Of a stretch of DNA of 64,000 nt, positions 18,808-35,029 are shown one piece after another (within the stretch, counting starts at the first letter, position 1; every line of letters starts with the position of its first letter). The stretch is from the NCBI RefSeq assembly GCF_009914755.1, contig NC_060947.1; one strand, written 5' to 3'. This DNA comes from the human T2T-CHM13v2.0 reference genome, Homo sapiens. The position numbers and the translations under genes were made by a program. The notes under the pieces were generated by a model. That model ran no database searches. It was not told the origin of the DNA and was given only the letters and a program-made list of their open reading frames with translations.

Positions 18808-20756
18808 ACATTTATTAATTTGCGAGGGCTGTCATAACAAAGTACCACAGACTGGGTAGCTTTAAACAACAGAAATTTATTTTCTCACAGTTATGGAGGC
18901 TAGAAGGCTGAAGTCAAGTTGTCAGCAGAGTTAGTTCCTCCTGAGGGGCCACCAGGGAAGAATTTTCAGGTTTAGAGATGGCCATCTTCACCCTGTGCCT
19001 TCACACTGTCTTCACTCTGTTCCTCAAAACTCTACCAGCACCTACATATTACTCAATTCAAAAGGCACTTCTATATTTTTAAAGCAGCACCCCACATTTC
19101 AGCACCAAAATCTTATATAAATGTCATCTAAATCAGATATGAGTGACTTGAGGTATGATTCAACCTGAGGCAAAATTCCTCTCCATCTGAAAACCTGTAA
19201 AACCAGACAGGTTATCTGCTTTAAAAATACAATAGTAGAACAGACATAGGATAGAAATTCCTATTTCAAGGAGAAAAAATGAGAAAAAAAAGGATCATGG
19301 ATTGCAAGTAAATTCAAATCAGAACAGGGAAAATTCCATTAGATTTTAAGGCTCAAGAATAAATTTCTTTGGCTCAGTGTTCTGTCCTCTGAGCCCACCC
19401 AGGTGGTGGCCAAGCCTTCTCAGCTCTGGAAAGCAGCCCTACTCACCTCAGCCCTAGAAAACAGACCCACACCCTCTGGCACTCACAAGCAGATGCCTGG
19501 CTAGATGAAATCTGGAGGATATAGCCACATTCCCTAGGCCTATGCCTCTGGGCCCAAGGGAGAAGTAAGCCCTGCTGACCTCTGATCTACCTTTGGGTTA
19601 TTCTTCTCTTTTCTTGAAGGATAAGACATGTTTACAGCTGGATAGCGCTATTGGCCCATTTTGTAGAATTCCAGAAGTCCAACAGCCTTCCTTCATTTTA
19701 TCCCGTCTCTGTCCCCTTCAGTCCAAGCTAGCAGCATTTCTGCTGGTACAAAATTCTCAAAACCCTTTTGGGCCTCCTGTGCAATTCAAAGGGGGTACAA
19801 AATCAGATGAGAGTCGTTGACATATATTTCCTAGACAACTGCCTGTCTATTCCTGGATTCTGCTGAGCTGTTCATTGGATCTATGAATTGCACATGTAAT
19901 ATCTTTAGTAAATTGTTTTCCAGCCATATCCTTGATGTTCTCTCCAGAACACATTTTCTAAGTTTTGCAATATGAATAGGATGAGAATTTCCCAAATCTT
20001 CAAGTCTGGTTCCTTTTTACTTAACAATTCATTCCTCAAATTAATTCTCTTCTCTCACATTTTACTATAAAGCAGCAAAAAGAAGCCAGGTCAGGTCTTT
20101 GACACTTGGCTTAGAAATCTCCTCAGCTAAATATCCATTCATCACTTACAAATTCTACTTTCCACCAAACACTAGAACACAATTTGTCCAAGTTCTTTGC
20201 TACTTTATAACAAGAATAACCTTTCCTCCCGTTTCCAATAACATGTTCCTCATTTCTGTTTGAGACCGCACCAGAAGAACCTTAAACATTCATATTTTTA
20301 CCATATGATGTTCATGATGATATATATATTCCATAAGATGACAGAAGCTTTCTGTCTTTACAGCTCTTCTCTTTTCTTTCTGAGCCTTCACCAAAATCAT
20401 TTTAATGTTCATATTTCTACCAATAGTCACTTCAAAGGAATCAAGGCTTCTACTAACATGCTTCTCATTTTATTTTAATTACCTTTTCAAAAATCCTAAC
20501 TTTAATTATTGTCACATTCAGGTTTTGAGGGTTAGGACTTCAACATTTGGACTCTTTTTTGGAGACAGAGTTTCAGTATGTTGCTCAGGCTAGTGTGTAG
20601 TGGCTATTCACAGGCATGATTATAACTCACTACAGCCTTGAACCTCTGGACTTTATCCTCCTGCTTCAGCCTTTTGAGTAGCTGGGACTATAGGCATGTA
20701 CCACTGAGCCAAACTTCAACATGTGAATGTTTTTGGGAGACACAATTCAACCAACA
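18808..20756 (-). mobile_element. MLT1 (MaLR) element: partial LTRs plus internal sequence
   Basis: GCTGTCATAACAAAGTACCACAGACTGGG LTR end; MaLR-int motifs (TCCAATAACATGTTCCTCATTTC); GACACAATTCAACC LTR start. Confidence 0.75.
20547..20712 (-). mobile_element. FLAM/FRAM monomer inserted in the MLT1 LTR
   Basis: Antisense Alu monomer; TSD ACTTCAACAT at 20537-20546 and 20713-20722. Confidence 0.8.
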
Positions 20757-20932
20757 GGAACATTACTTTTTTTGCAAATATCAATATGAAATCTCTGTGT
20801 GAGACATATTTTATGCTTACAGTTCATTGCAGTTATGATTTTTATTGATGCTCAGATTGTCCCATATTTGGCCTGTGAGATTTTCATCAAATTGACTTCT
20901 GAGTCTCTTTGACATGACCCAATGGTCTTTGA

Positions 20933-21259
<327 letters not shown>

Positions 21260-21282
21260 TAAAAAAAAAAAAAACTTGTGGG

Positions 21283-23006
21283 GGGAGATTTCCTTTCCTT
21301 TTCTCCGAAAGGGGAAGAAATTGAAACTGAGTGGCCCATGATGGAAAGAGGGGAAGTCCAGGGGTGCAGAAGGCCCCTGGGTGAAGGCAGAGGCTAACAT
21401 GGGGTTCGTAGCTATGGGTGGCCATCAGCCTGACCAACTTTGTGCTGTCTGTCATCACTATCATCATCTGCTTCACCTGCTCCTGCTGCTGCCTGTACAA
21501 GATGTGCCGCCGAACACGTCCGGTTGTCACCAGCATCACGTTCACCACTGTGGTGCACGCCCCTTACACTCAGCCTCCAAGTGTGCCGCCCAGCTACCCT
21601 GGATCGAGCTACCAGGGCTACTACCCCATGCTCCCCCAGCCAGGGATGACAGCAGCACCCTACCCAACACAGTACCCACCACCTTACTCGGCCCAGCCCA
21701 TGGGCCCGCCGGCCTACCAGGAGACGCTGGCTGGAGGAGCAACCGCGCCATACCCCACGAGCCAGCCTCCTTACAACCCGGCCTACATATATGCCCCGAA
21801 GGCGGCTCCCGGAGCGTGCCCCGGCCTCTCCGGCTGCCACTAGATTATGTTGTGTGTGTGTGTGAGTGGTGTGCAAGCACGGTTCCTTACGCCCCGTGCG
21901 TGCTGTGTGTGTCCTGCCTGTATATGTGGCTTCCTTTGATGCTGACGAGGTGGGGAACGTTCCTTGCCAGAGTGGGCTGGGACCAGACTTTCTTCTCTTC
22001 CTCACCTGAAATTATGCTTCCTAAAATCTCAAGCCAAACTCAAAGAATGGGGTGGGGAGCACCCTGTGAGGTGGCCCCTGAGAGGTGGGGGGCTCTCCAT
22101 GGCACATCTGGAGTTCTTTTCCAGCTTACCCTAGGGTGACCAAGTGTGGCCTGTCACACCAGGATGGTGCAGCTTTCTGTGAGTATGATACAGATGTGTC
22201 CTGGTTTTGGCAACGTAGCCAGCTGCTGCTCAGGGGCATGGTTTGTCCCCAGAGTTGGGGGTACCCTTTGCAGAGCCAGAGACATGATGCAGGTGAAGCT
22301 TGGGATCTGACCAAGTTGGGCTTTGATCCTTTGGGCAGATGTCCCATTGCTTCCTGGAGCCTGTGTCATGCCGACTGGGGATCAGGCAGCCTCCTGATGC
22401 CAGAACACCTCAGGCAGAGCCCTGCTTACCTGATAGCTGTCTACCTGGACTGTTCCTGTCCCTACATCCTCCCTAGGACCACCTGGAGGGCCACACACAC
22501 AGCCTAGCTACCCACAGGGAGCTCTCCTGCCCTTGCTGGCCCTGCCCTTCCCACAGGTGAACAGGGCGCTCTGTCCACCAGCACACTCAGGTCTCTTCCC
22601 TGCAGTGTTTTCATTTTATTTTAACCAAACATTTTGCCTGTTTTCTGTTTTAAAATGTGATAGTTGATGTGAGACTGAAACCCCTGGGTTGTGGAGGGAA
22701 ATTGGCCAGGAGAAGAGGGAAAACCTGGCAACTGTGAGTCCCTGCTTCCCCTGACACCAGCCTCATGGAATATGCAACTCCTGTACCCCAGTCCAGTGTG
22801 TTCTGGCAGCAGGGACACCTGGGCCAAGGGGCCATCTGGACCAAAGGTGGGGTGTGGGGTCCTGGATGGCAGACATGAATACCTCGGTATTCCCTGTCTC
22901 TCAGTTATTGTTTCACCAGAGCTGTCTCAGCTTCGTATCTGTTGTGTTTCTGAGAGTCTAGAGTCTGCACCCTTGTTTATAATAAATGCAATAGTTTGGA
23001 AAAAAA
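21283..23006 (+). pseudogene. SHISA5P2: Processed pseudogene of SHISA5 (scotin), short isoform starting MGF
   Basis: 21418-21843 encodes [21 protein letters not shown]...[16 protein letters not shown]...[11 protein letters not shown]...PPYNPAY with no introns; long 3'UTR, AATAAA at 22981, A remnant; apparent 1-nt insertion six codons after ATG 21399; P2 number recalled, not verified. Confidence 0.92.
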
Positions 23007-24746
23007 TTGTGGGCACATAGTAGAGGTATGTATTTATTGGGTACATGAGATGTGATACAGGCATACAATGTGAAATAAGCACATAATGAAGAATGAAATA
23101 TCCATCCCCTCAAGCATTTATCCTTTGAGTTACAAACAATCCAATCACACTCTTTAAGTTGTTTTAAAATGTACAATTAAGTTATTATTGACTATAGTCA
23201 CCCTGTTGTGCTATCAAATAGTAGTTCTTATTCATTCTTTCTGATTATTACTTGTACCCATAGAACATCCCCACTGCCCCCACATGCCCCCACTACCCTT
23301 CCCAGCCTCTGATAACCATTCCTCTACTCTTTATCTCCATGAGTTCAATTGTTTTGATTTTTAGATCCCACAAGTAAATGAGAACATGAAATGTTTGTTT
23401 TTCTGTGCCTGGCTTATTTCACTTAATGTAATGATCTACAGTTCCATCCATGTTGTTGCAAATGACTGGATCTCATTCTTTTTTATGGCTGAATAGTACT
23501 CCATTGTGTATATGTACCACACGTTCTTTACCCATTCATCTGTTGATGAACACTTACGTTGCTTCCAAATCTTAGCTCTTGTAAACACTGCTGCAACAAA
23601 CATAGGCACACAGATATCTCTTTGATATACTGATTTTCTTTCTTTTGGGTATATACCAAGCACTGGGATTTCTGGATCATATAGTAGTTCAATATTTTTT
23701 GTCTTCTTAGGAACCTGAAAACTGTTCTCCATAGAGGTTGTACTAATTTACATTCCCACCAAACAGTGTACACATCCTAGCCAGCATTTGTTATTACTTG
23801 ACTTTTGCATATAAGCCATTTTAACTGGGTGAGATGATCTCATTGTAGTTTTGATTTGCATTTCTCTAATGATCAATGATGTTGAGCACATTTTCATATG
23901 CCTCTTTGCAATACGTATGTCTTCTCTTGAGAAATGCCTATTCAAATATTTTGCCCATTTTTGACTGGAATTACTAGATTTTCTCCAGTAGAGTTCTTTG
24001 AGCTCCTTATAAATCCTGGTTATGAATCCCTTGTCAGATGGGTAGTTTGCAAATATTTTCTCCCATTCTTTGGGGTGTCTATTCACTTGGTTGATAGTAT
24101 CTTTTGCTGTGTAGAAGCTTTTAAACTTGACGTAATCCCATTTGTCCATTTTTGCTTTGGTTGCTTGTGCTTGTGGAGTAAAGACTGTGTTTTCCCGAGT
24201 GCATATTCTTGGCACCTTTGTCACAAATGGGTTCACTGTTTGTGTGTGGATTTGTTTCTGGGTTGTCTGTACTGTTCCATTGGTCTGTGTGTCTGCTTTT
24301 ATGCCAGTACCATGCTGTTTTGGTTACAACAGCTCTGTAGTATTATTTAAAGTCAGGTAATGTGATTCCTCCAGTTTTGTTCTTTTTGCTTAGGATAGCT
24401 TTGGCTATTCTGGGTCTTTGTGGTTCTGTATACATTTTAGGATCATATTTCTGTGAAGAATGTCATTGGTATTTTTATAGGGATTGCACTGAATCTGTAG
24501 ATTGCTTTGGGTAGTATGGACATTTTAACAATATTGATTCTTCCAATCCATGAACATGGAATATTTTTTCATTTTTGGTGATCTCATCAATTTCATTCAT
24601 CAGTGTTTTATAGTTTTCATTATAGAGATATTTAACTTCTTTGGTTAATTCCTAGGTATTTAATTTTATGTGTGGCTATTGTAAATGAGATTACTTTTTA
24701 ATATCTTTTTCAGATTGTTCACTGTTGGCATATAGAAACACTACTG

Positions 24747-26448
<1,702 letters not shown>

Positions 26449-27281
26449 AGAAGTGCTACTGTTTTTTTATGTTAATTTTCTATCCTGTAATTTTACTGAA
26501 TTTGTTTATCAATTCTAATAGTTTTTGGTGAAGTCTTTAGGTTTTTCCAACTATAAGATCATATCATCTGCAAACAAGGATAATTTGACTCCTTCCTTTC
26601 AAATTTGGAAGCCCTTTACATCTTTGTCTTGACTCATTGCTCTTCCTAGGACTTCCAGTACTATGTTGAATAACAGTGGTGATAGTGGGCATCCTGGTTG
26701 TGTTCCAGATCTTAGAGGAAAGGCATTCAGTTTTTCGCCATTCAGTATGATACAAGCTGTGGGTCTGCTGCATGTGGCTTTTATGACGTTGAGGTATGTT
26801 CCTTCTATCCCCAGCTTTTTGAGGTTTCTATCATGAAGGGATGTTGAATTTTATCAAATGCTTTTTCAGCATCCATTGAAATGATCATAAGGTTTTTATC
26901 CTTCATTCTGTTGATATTGATGTATCACATTGATTTGTGTATGTTGAACCACCTTGTGTCTCAGGAATAAATCTTACTTGTTCATGATGAATGACCTTTC
27001 TAATGCATTGTTGAATTCAGTTTGCTAGTATTTTGTTGAGGATTTTTGTATTAATATCCATCAGAGATATTGGACTATATTTTCCTTCCTTCCGGAGAGG
27101 TCGAGTAGGATTGATATTAGTTCTTTAAATGTTTGGTGGAATTCAGCAATTAAGCCATAGGGCCCCAGGTTTTTTTTTTTCTTTCTTTCTTTCTTTCTTT
27201 TTTTTTTTTAACCTGGGAGAATTTTTATTATGACTTCAATCTCATCATTTGTTATTGGTCTGCTGAGGTTTTGGATTTCTA

Positions 27282-27374
<93 letters not shown>

Positions 27375-27533
27375 TCAATATGAAAATAAATTCTAGCTGT
27401 GAAATCAGCCATTTGATGAACAGGCCCTCATTCCTTTGGGGAGAAGAGATAGTTAGGGATCCCAATCTGGGTCGCTAAGGGTGCTCATTCCTACTGGATT
27501 GGTAATTATTTCAAGAAATTTTTTAAGGAATAC

Positions 27534-30500
27534 TTTTTTTATTTTACTTTAAGTTCTGGGATACATGTGCTGAATGTGCAGGTTTGTTACATAGGTATAC
27601 ATGTGCCATGGTGATTTGCTGCACCTATCAACCCATCACCTAGGTTTTAAGCCCTGCCTGCATTAGGTATTTGTCCTAATGCTCTCCCTCCCCTTTCCCC
27701 CCACCCGCTGACAAGCCCTGGTGTATGATGTTCCCCTCCCTGTGTCCATGTGTTCTCATTGTTCAACTCCCACTTATGAGTGAAAACATGGTGTTTGGTT
27801 TTCTGTTCCTGTGTTACTTTGCTGAGGATGATGGTTTCTAGCTTTATTTATGTTCCTGCAAAGGACATGAACTCATCTTTTTTATGGCTGCATAGTATTC
27901 CGTGTTGTATATGAACCACATTTTTGTTACCCAGTCTATCATTGATGGGCATTTGGGTTGGTTCCAAGTCTTTGCTATTGTGAACAGTGCTGCAATAAAC
28001 ATATGTGTGCATGTGTCTTTATAGTAGAATGATTTATAATCCTTTGGGTATATACCCAGTAATGGGATTGGTGGATCAAATGGTATTTCTGGTATTAGAT
28101 CCTTGAGGAATCGCCACACAGTCTTCCACAATGTTTGAACTAATTTATACTCCCACCAGGATTGTAAAATTGTTCCTATTTCTCCGCATCCTTGCCAGCA
28201 TCTGTTGCTTCCAGACTTTTTAATGATCACCACTCTAGCTGGCATGAAATGGTATCTCATTTTCTAATTTTGATTTGCATTTCTCTAATGAACAGTGATG
28301 ATGAGCTTTTTTTCATATGTTTGTTTGCCATATATATGCCTTCTTTTGAGAAGTGTCTGTTCATATCCTTCACCCACTTTTTCATGGGGTTGTTTTTTTC
28401 TTGTAAATTTGTTTAAGTTCCTTGTAGATTCTAGATATTAGACCTTTGTCAGCTGGATAGATTGCAAAAAGCTTCTCCCATTCTGTAGGTTGCCTGTTCA
28501 CTCTGATGATATTTTCTTTTGCTGTGCAGAAGCTCTTTAGTTTAATTAGATTGCATTTGTCAATTTTGGCTTTTGTTGCCATTGCTTTTGGTGTTTTAGT
28601 CATGAAGTCTTTGCCCATGCCTATGTCCTGAATGGTATTGCCTAGGTTTTCTTCTAGGGTTTTGATAGTTTTAGGTTTTACATTTAAGTCTTTAATCTAT
28701 CTTGAGTTAATTTTTGTATAAGGTGTAAGGAAGGGGTCCAGTTTCAGTTTTCTGCATATGGGTAGCCAGTTTTCCCAGCACCACTTATTAAATAGGGAAT
28801 TTTTTCCCCATTGCTTGTTTTTGTCAGGTTTGTCAAAGGTCAGATCATTGTAGATGTGTGGTGTTATTTCTGAGGCCTCTGTTCTGTTCCATTGGTCTAT
28901 ATATCTGTTTTGGTACCAGTATCATGCTGTTTTGGTTACTGTAGCCTTGTAGTATAGTTTGAAGTCAGGTAGCGTGATGCCTCCAGCTTTGTTCTTTTTG
29001 CTTGGGATTGTCTTGGCTATATGGGATCTCTTTTGGTTCCAAATGAAATTTAAAGTAGCTTTTTCTAATTCTGTGAAGAAAGTCAATGGTAGCTTGATGG
29101 GAATAGCATTGAATCAATAAATTACTTTGGGCAGTATGGCCATTTTCACGATATTGATTCTTCCTATCCATGACCATGGAAAGTTTTTCCATTTTTTTCT
29201 GTCCTCTCTTATTTCCTTGAGCAGTGGTTTGTAGTTCTCCTTAAGATGTCCTTCATGTCCCTTGCAAATTGTATTCCTAGGTATTTTATTTTCTTTGTAG
29301 CAATTGTGAATGGGAGTTCACTCATGATTTGGCTCTCTGCTTGACTATTATTTGTGTATAGGAATGCCTGTGATTTCTGCACATTGATTTTGTATCCTGA
29401 GACTTTGCTGAAGTTGTTTATCAGCTTAAGGAGTTTTTGGGCTGAGATGATAGGGTTTTCTAAATATACAATCATGTTGTCTTCAAGCAGAGACAATGTG
29501 ACTTCCTCACTTCCTATTTGAATACCTTTATTTCTTTCTGTTGCCTGATTGCTCTGGCCAGAACTTCCAAAACTACGTTGAATAGGAGTGGTGAGAGAGA
29601 GCATCCTTGTCTTGTGCCAGTTTTCAAAGAGAATGCTTCCAGCTTTTGCCCATTTAGTATGATATTGGCTATGGGTTTGTCATAAATAGCTCTTTTTATT
29701 TTGAGATACATTCCATGAATACCTAGTTTATTGAGAGTTTTTAGCATAAAGGGGTGTTGAATTTATCGAAGGCCTTTTCTGCATCTATTGAGATAATCAT
29801 GTGGTTTTTGTCATTGCTTCTTTTTATGTGATGGATTACATTTATTGATTTGCATATGTTGAACCATCCTTGCATCCCAGGGATGAAGCTGACTTGATCA
29901 TGGTGGATAAGCTTTTTGATGTGCTGCTGCATTAGGTTTGCCAGTATTTTGAGGATTTTTGCATTGCTGTTCATCAGGGATATTGGCCTGAAATTTTCTT
30001 TTTTTGTTGTGTCTCTGTCAGGTTTTGGTATAAGGATGATGCTGGCCTCATAAAATGAGTTAAGGAGGAGTCCTTCTTTTCTATTGTTTGGAATAGTTTC
30101 AGAGGGAATGGTACCATCTCCTCTTTGTACCTCTGGTAGAATTTGGCTGTGAATCAGTCTGGTCATGGGCTCTTTTTTGTTGGTAGGCTAATAATTACTG
30201 CCTAAATTTCAGAACTTGTTAATGGTCTATTCAGAGATTTGACATCTTCCTGGTTTGGTCTTGGAAGGGATTACGTGTCCAGAAATTTATCCATTTCTTC
30301 TAGATTTTCTAGTTTACTTGCATAGAGGTGTTTATAGTATCCTCTGATGGTAGTTTATATATCTGTATGATCAGTGGTGATATCCCTTTTATCATTTTTT
30401 ATTGTATCTCTTTGATTATTCTCTCTTTTCTTCTTTATTATTCTGGCAAGCAGCCTATCTATTTTGTTAATCTTTTCATAAAACCAGCTCCTGGATTCAT

Positions 30501-33500
30501 TGATTTTTTGAAAGGCTTTTCATATCTCTATGTCTTTCATTTCTGCTCTGATCTTAGTTATTTCTTGTCTTCTGATAGCTTTTGAATTTGTTTGCTCTTG
30601 CTTCTCTAGTTCTTTTAATTGTGATGTTACGGTGTCGATTTTAGATCTTTCCCACTTTCTGATTTTAGATCTTTCCCACTTTCCCACTTTTAGATCTTTC
30701 CCACTTTCCCAATTTCTGATGTGGGCATTTAGTGCTATAAATTTCCTTCTAAATACTGCTTTAGCTGTGTTTCAGAGATTCTAGTACATTGTCCTTTGTT
30801 CTCATTGGTTTCAAAGAGCTTTGTTATTTCTGCCTTAATTTTGTTAGTTACCCAGTAGTCATTCCGGAGAAGGTTGTTCAGTTTCCATGTAGTTGTGTGG
30901 TTTTGAGTGAGTTTCTTAATTCTGAGTTCTAATTGATTGCACTGTGGTCTGGGAGGGTGCGTGTTATGATTTCCATTCCTTTGCATTTGCTGAGGAGTGT
31001 TTCACTTCTAATTATGTTGTCGATTTTAGAACAAGTGCTATGTGGTGCTGAGAAGAATATATATTGTTGATTTGGGGTGGAGAGTTCTGTAGATATCTAT
31101 GAGATCCACTTGGTCCAGAGCTGAGTTCAGGTCCTGAATATCCTTGTTAATTTTCTGTCTTGTTGATCTCTCTATTATTGACAGTGGGGTGTTAAAGTCT
31201 CCCACTATTATTGTGTGGGAGTCTACATCTCTTTGTAGGTCTCTAAGAAGTTGTTTTATGAATCTGGGTGCTCCTGTTTGGGTGCATATATATTTAGGAT
31301 AGTTAGTTCTTCTCTTTGCATTGATCCCTTTACCATTATTTAATGCTCTTCTTTGTCTTTTTTAAATCTTTGTTGGCTTAAAGCCTGTTTTATCAGAGAC
31401 TAGGATTGCAAAACCTGCTTTTCTTTGCTGTCCGTTTGCTTGGTAAATATTCCTCCATCCCCTTATTTTGAGCCTATGTGTGTCTTTGAATGTGAGATGG
31501 GTCTTCTGGATACAGGATACTAGATACACTGATGGGTCTTGACTCTTTATTTACCTTGCCAGTCTGTGTCTTTTAATTGGGGCATTTAGCTTGTTTACAT
31601 TTAAGGTTAATATTGTTATGTGTGAATTTGATCCTGTCATTATGATGCTAGCTGGTTATTTTGCACATTAGTTGATGCAGTTTCTTCATAGTGTCGTTGG
31701 TCTTTATAATGTGGTGTGTTTGCAGTGGCTGGTACCGGTTTTTTCTTTCCATATTTAGTGCTTCCTTCAGAAGCTCTTGTAAGGCAGGCCTGCTGCTGAC
31801 AAAATCCCGTAGCAGTTGCTTGTCTGTAAAGGATTTTATTTCTCCCTCACTCATGAAACTTAGTTTGGCTGGATATGAAATTCTGGATTGAAAATTCTTT
31901 TCTTTAAGAATGTTGAATATTGGCCCTCACTCTCTTCTGGCTTTTAGGGTTTCTGCAGCGAGATCTGCTGTTAGTCTGACGGGCTTCCCTTTGTAGGTAA
32001 CCTGATCTTTCTCTCTGGCTGTGCTTAACATTTTTTTCTTCATTTCAACCTTGGAGAATCTGAACATTATGTGTCTTGGAGTTGCTCTTCTCGACGAGTA
32101 TCTTTGTGGTGTTCTCTGTATTTCCTGAATTTGAATCTTGGCCTGTCTTGCTAGGTTGGGGAAGTTCTCCTGGATAATATCCTGAAGTCTGTTTTCCAAC
32201 TTGGTTCCATTCTTCCTGTCACTTTCAGGGACCCCAATCAATCGTAGATTTGGCCTTTTCACATAGTCCCATATTTCTTGGAGGCTTTGTTTGTTCTGTT
32301 TCAATCTTTCTTCTCTAATCTTGTCTTCATGCCTCATTTCAGTAAGTTGATGTTCAATCTCTGATATCCTTTCTGTCACTTATCAATTCGGCTGTTGATT
32401 CTTGTATATGCTTCACAAAGTTCTCGTGCTGTGTTTTTCAGCTCCATCAGGTCATTTACGTTTTTCTCTAAACTGGTTATTCTAGTTAGCATTTCCTGTA
32501 ACCTTTGTCAAGGTTCTTAGCTTCCTTGCATTGGGTTAGAACATATTCCTTTAGGTCAGAGGAGTTTGTTATTATCCACCTTCTGTAGCCTACTTCTGTC
32601 AATTTGTCAAGCTCATTCCCTGTCCAGTTTTTTGACCTTGCTGGAGAGGATTTGTGATCATTTGAAGGAGAAGGGGCATTCTGGTTTTTGGAATTTTCAT
32701 CATTTTTGTGCTGGCTTTTCCTCATCTTCAGGGATTTATCTACATTTGATCTTTGAGGTTGATGACCTTTGGATGGGATTTCTGTGTGGGGGTTCTTTTT
32801 GTTGATGTTGATGTTATTGCTTTCCGTTTGTTAGTTTTCCTCCTAACAGTCAAGCCCCTTTCTTCAGGTCTGCTACAGTTTGCTGGAGATCCACTCTATA
32901 CTCAATTTGCCTGGTTATCACCAGCAGAGGCTGCAGAACAGCAAAGATTGCTGCCTAGTTCTTCCTCTGAAAGCTTCATCCCAGTGGGGCACTGGCCTGA
33001 TGCCAGCCAGAGCTCTCTTGTATGAGGTGTTTGTCAACCCCTGTTGGGACGTGTCTCCCAGTCAGGAGGCATGGGTGTCAGGGACCCACTTGAAGAGGCA
33101 GTCTGTCCCTTAGCAGAACTCAAGTGCTGTGCTGGGAGAACCCTCCTTGTCAGGATTTGCTGCTCTCTTCAGAGCTGGCAGGCAGAAACATTTAAGTTCA
33201 CTGAAGCTGTGCCCACAGCCACCCTTTCTCCCAAGTGCTCTGTCTCAGGGAGATGGGAGTTTTATTTACAGCCCTGACTGGGGCTGCTGCCTTTCTTTCA
33301 GAGATGCCCTGCCCAGTGAAGAGGAATCTAGAGGAGCAGTCTGGCCACAGCCACTTTGTCACACTGTGTTGAGTTCCACCTAGTCCTTAGCACTGTGAGG
33401 GGTAAATCACCTACTCTAGCCTCAGTAATGATGGACGCCCCTCCCCCCACCAAGCTCAATCATCTCAGGTCGACTTCAGACTGCTGTGCTGGCGCAAGAA

Positions 33501-34062
33501 TTTCAAGCCAGTGGTTCTTAGCTTGCTGGGCTCTGTGGGAGTGGGACCTGCTGAGCGAGACCACTTGGCTCCCTGGCTTCAGCCCCCTTTCCAGGGGAGT
33601 GAATGGGTCTATCTTGCTGGGGTTCCAGGCACCACTAGGGTATGAAAAACAAACAAACAAACAAACTCCTACAGCTAGCTTGGTGTCTGCCCAAACAGCC
33701 GCCCAGTTTTGTGCTTGAAACCCAGGGCCCTGGTGGTGTAGGCACATGAGGGAATCTCCTGGTCTGTGAATTGCAAAAACTGTGGGAAAAACAAAGTATC
33801 TAGGCTGGATAGCACAGTCCCTCATGGTTTCCCTTGGCTGGGAAGGGGAGGCTACCCTGCTCCTTGCACTTCCTGGGTGAGGTGATGCCCCACCCTGCTT
33901 CTGCTCACCCTCCATGGGCTGCACCCACTGCCTAACCTGTCCCAATAAAATGAACAGGGTACCTCAGTTGAAAATGCAGAAATTATCTGCCTTCTGCATT
34001 GGTCTCACTGGGAGCTGCAGACTGGAGCTGTTACTATTCAGCCATATTGCCAGCAGCCGCCG
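27534..34062 (-). mobile_element. Full-length LINE-1 (L1PA7/L1PA8-like), ORFs disrupted
   Basis: 3'UTR, ORF2 ([24 protein letters not shown]), ORF1 (SLQEIWDYVKRPNLRLIG) and 5'UTR all present; possible TSD GAATAC(T/A)TTT at 27528 and 34064. Confidence 0.97.
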
Positions 34063-35029
34063 TGAATACATTTGTATGTGATGACAATATACATCATGAT
34101 ATTATACTGATTGCATAGCCTCATTGATGTTACTTTTGTATCTCCTTTCTCTTAAATTGAAAATTCAAATTTTATCGATATTAACAATGTTGCACATTTC
34201 CATTATCCAAACACATGCACATATACACACACCACAAAATTAAACACTTTAGTGTTTTTACATTTGTTTCATTTTTGTTTTGGTAGCTCTTTTTGTACTT
34301 AGGATATGTTTTGTTAAAAACGTATAGTCAAATGACAAATTACTATGTTTTAAAGTCATTCAAAGAACTTTCTGAGTGGTTAAGCCATCAACCTGTCACA
34401 TGGTTAAATTCAATTATTTCATTTTTCTTTTGAGTTTTAGAGATTTTTTTTTAAAAAATAGTTTTGTTTTACAATTCTATACACTATTTCATAGTTACCA
34501 TATCAAATTCATAAAACAGGCATGGTCAGAAAAATCAAGATTTAATCAACTATCCACCCTCATTTGTTCTCTTTTCTTAGATGACAAGATACTACTGAAA
34601 CAACCAAACAAACAAACAAATGCCCAGTCAAGAAAAAGCCACATTCAAAATCGTAGGCAATTTCATGGTGTTTTTACTCACCCTTGCCCCACCACTTCAC
34701 TGGCACAAAGCAAAATGGTCAGAAGAAAGAGGCTCACTCCCTGGTCCCCTCCATTAAAATGGAAAAAGCAGAGTGCTAATTGTAAAGTTATTGCCTGTGT
34801 CCAAGGGACTGGTATGTGTCTTACCTGTCTTGGAGCTCAGAGAGATAACAGTGCATAGTTTGAATATTAGACTGAAAGGTGAAGAAGGGAGTGGCAGGTG
34901 CAGCAGCATGTGATACTGAAGAAGTACTACAGAGTCACACATGACTGGTAGCAATAGATTGTGGGTAGAGGAATATAATGGCATATCTAAGGCTCAGAGA
35001 AGAACCTCGGGTGATACTGTTTTAAATAT

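Noticed and set aside
21412-22005. 197-aa antisense ORF over the SHISA5 copy
   Set aside because: Shadow frame of GC-rich coding sequence that runs through a (CA) repeat; no homology recognised
27534-34062. Full-length L1 as a retrotransposition-competent element
   Set aside because: Both ORFs are fragmented and the RT motif reads LEDN instead of FADD
34376-34858. 160-aa ORF in relatively unique sequence
   Set aside because: GTG start, low-complexity AT-rich composition and no recognisable domain
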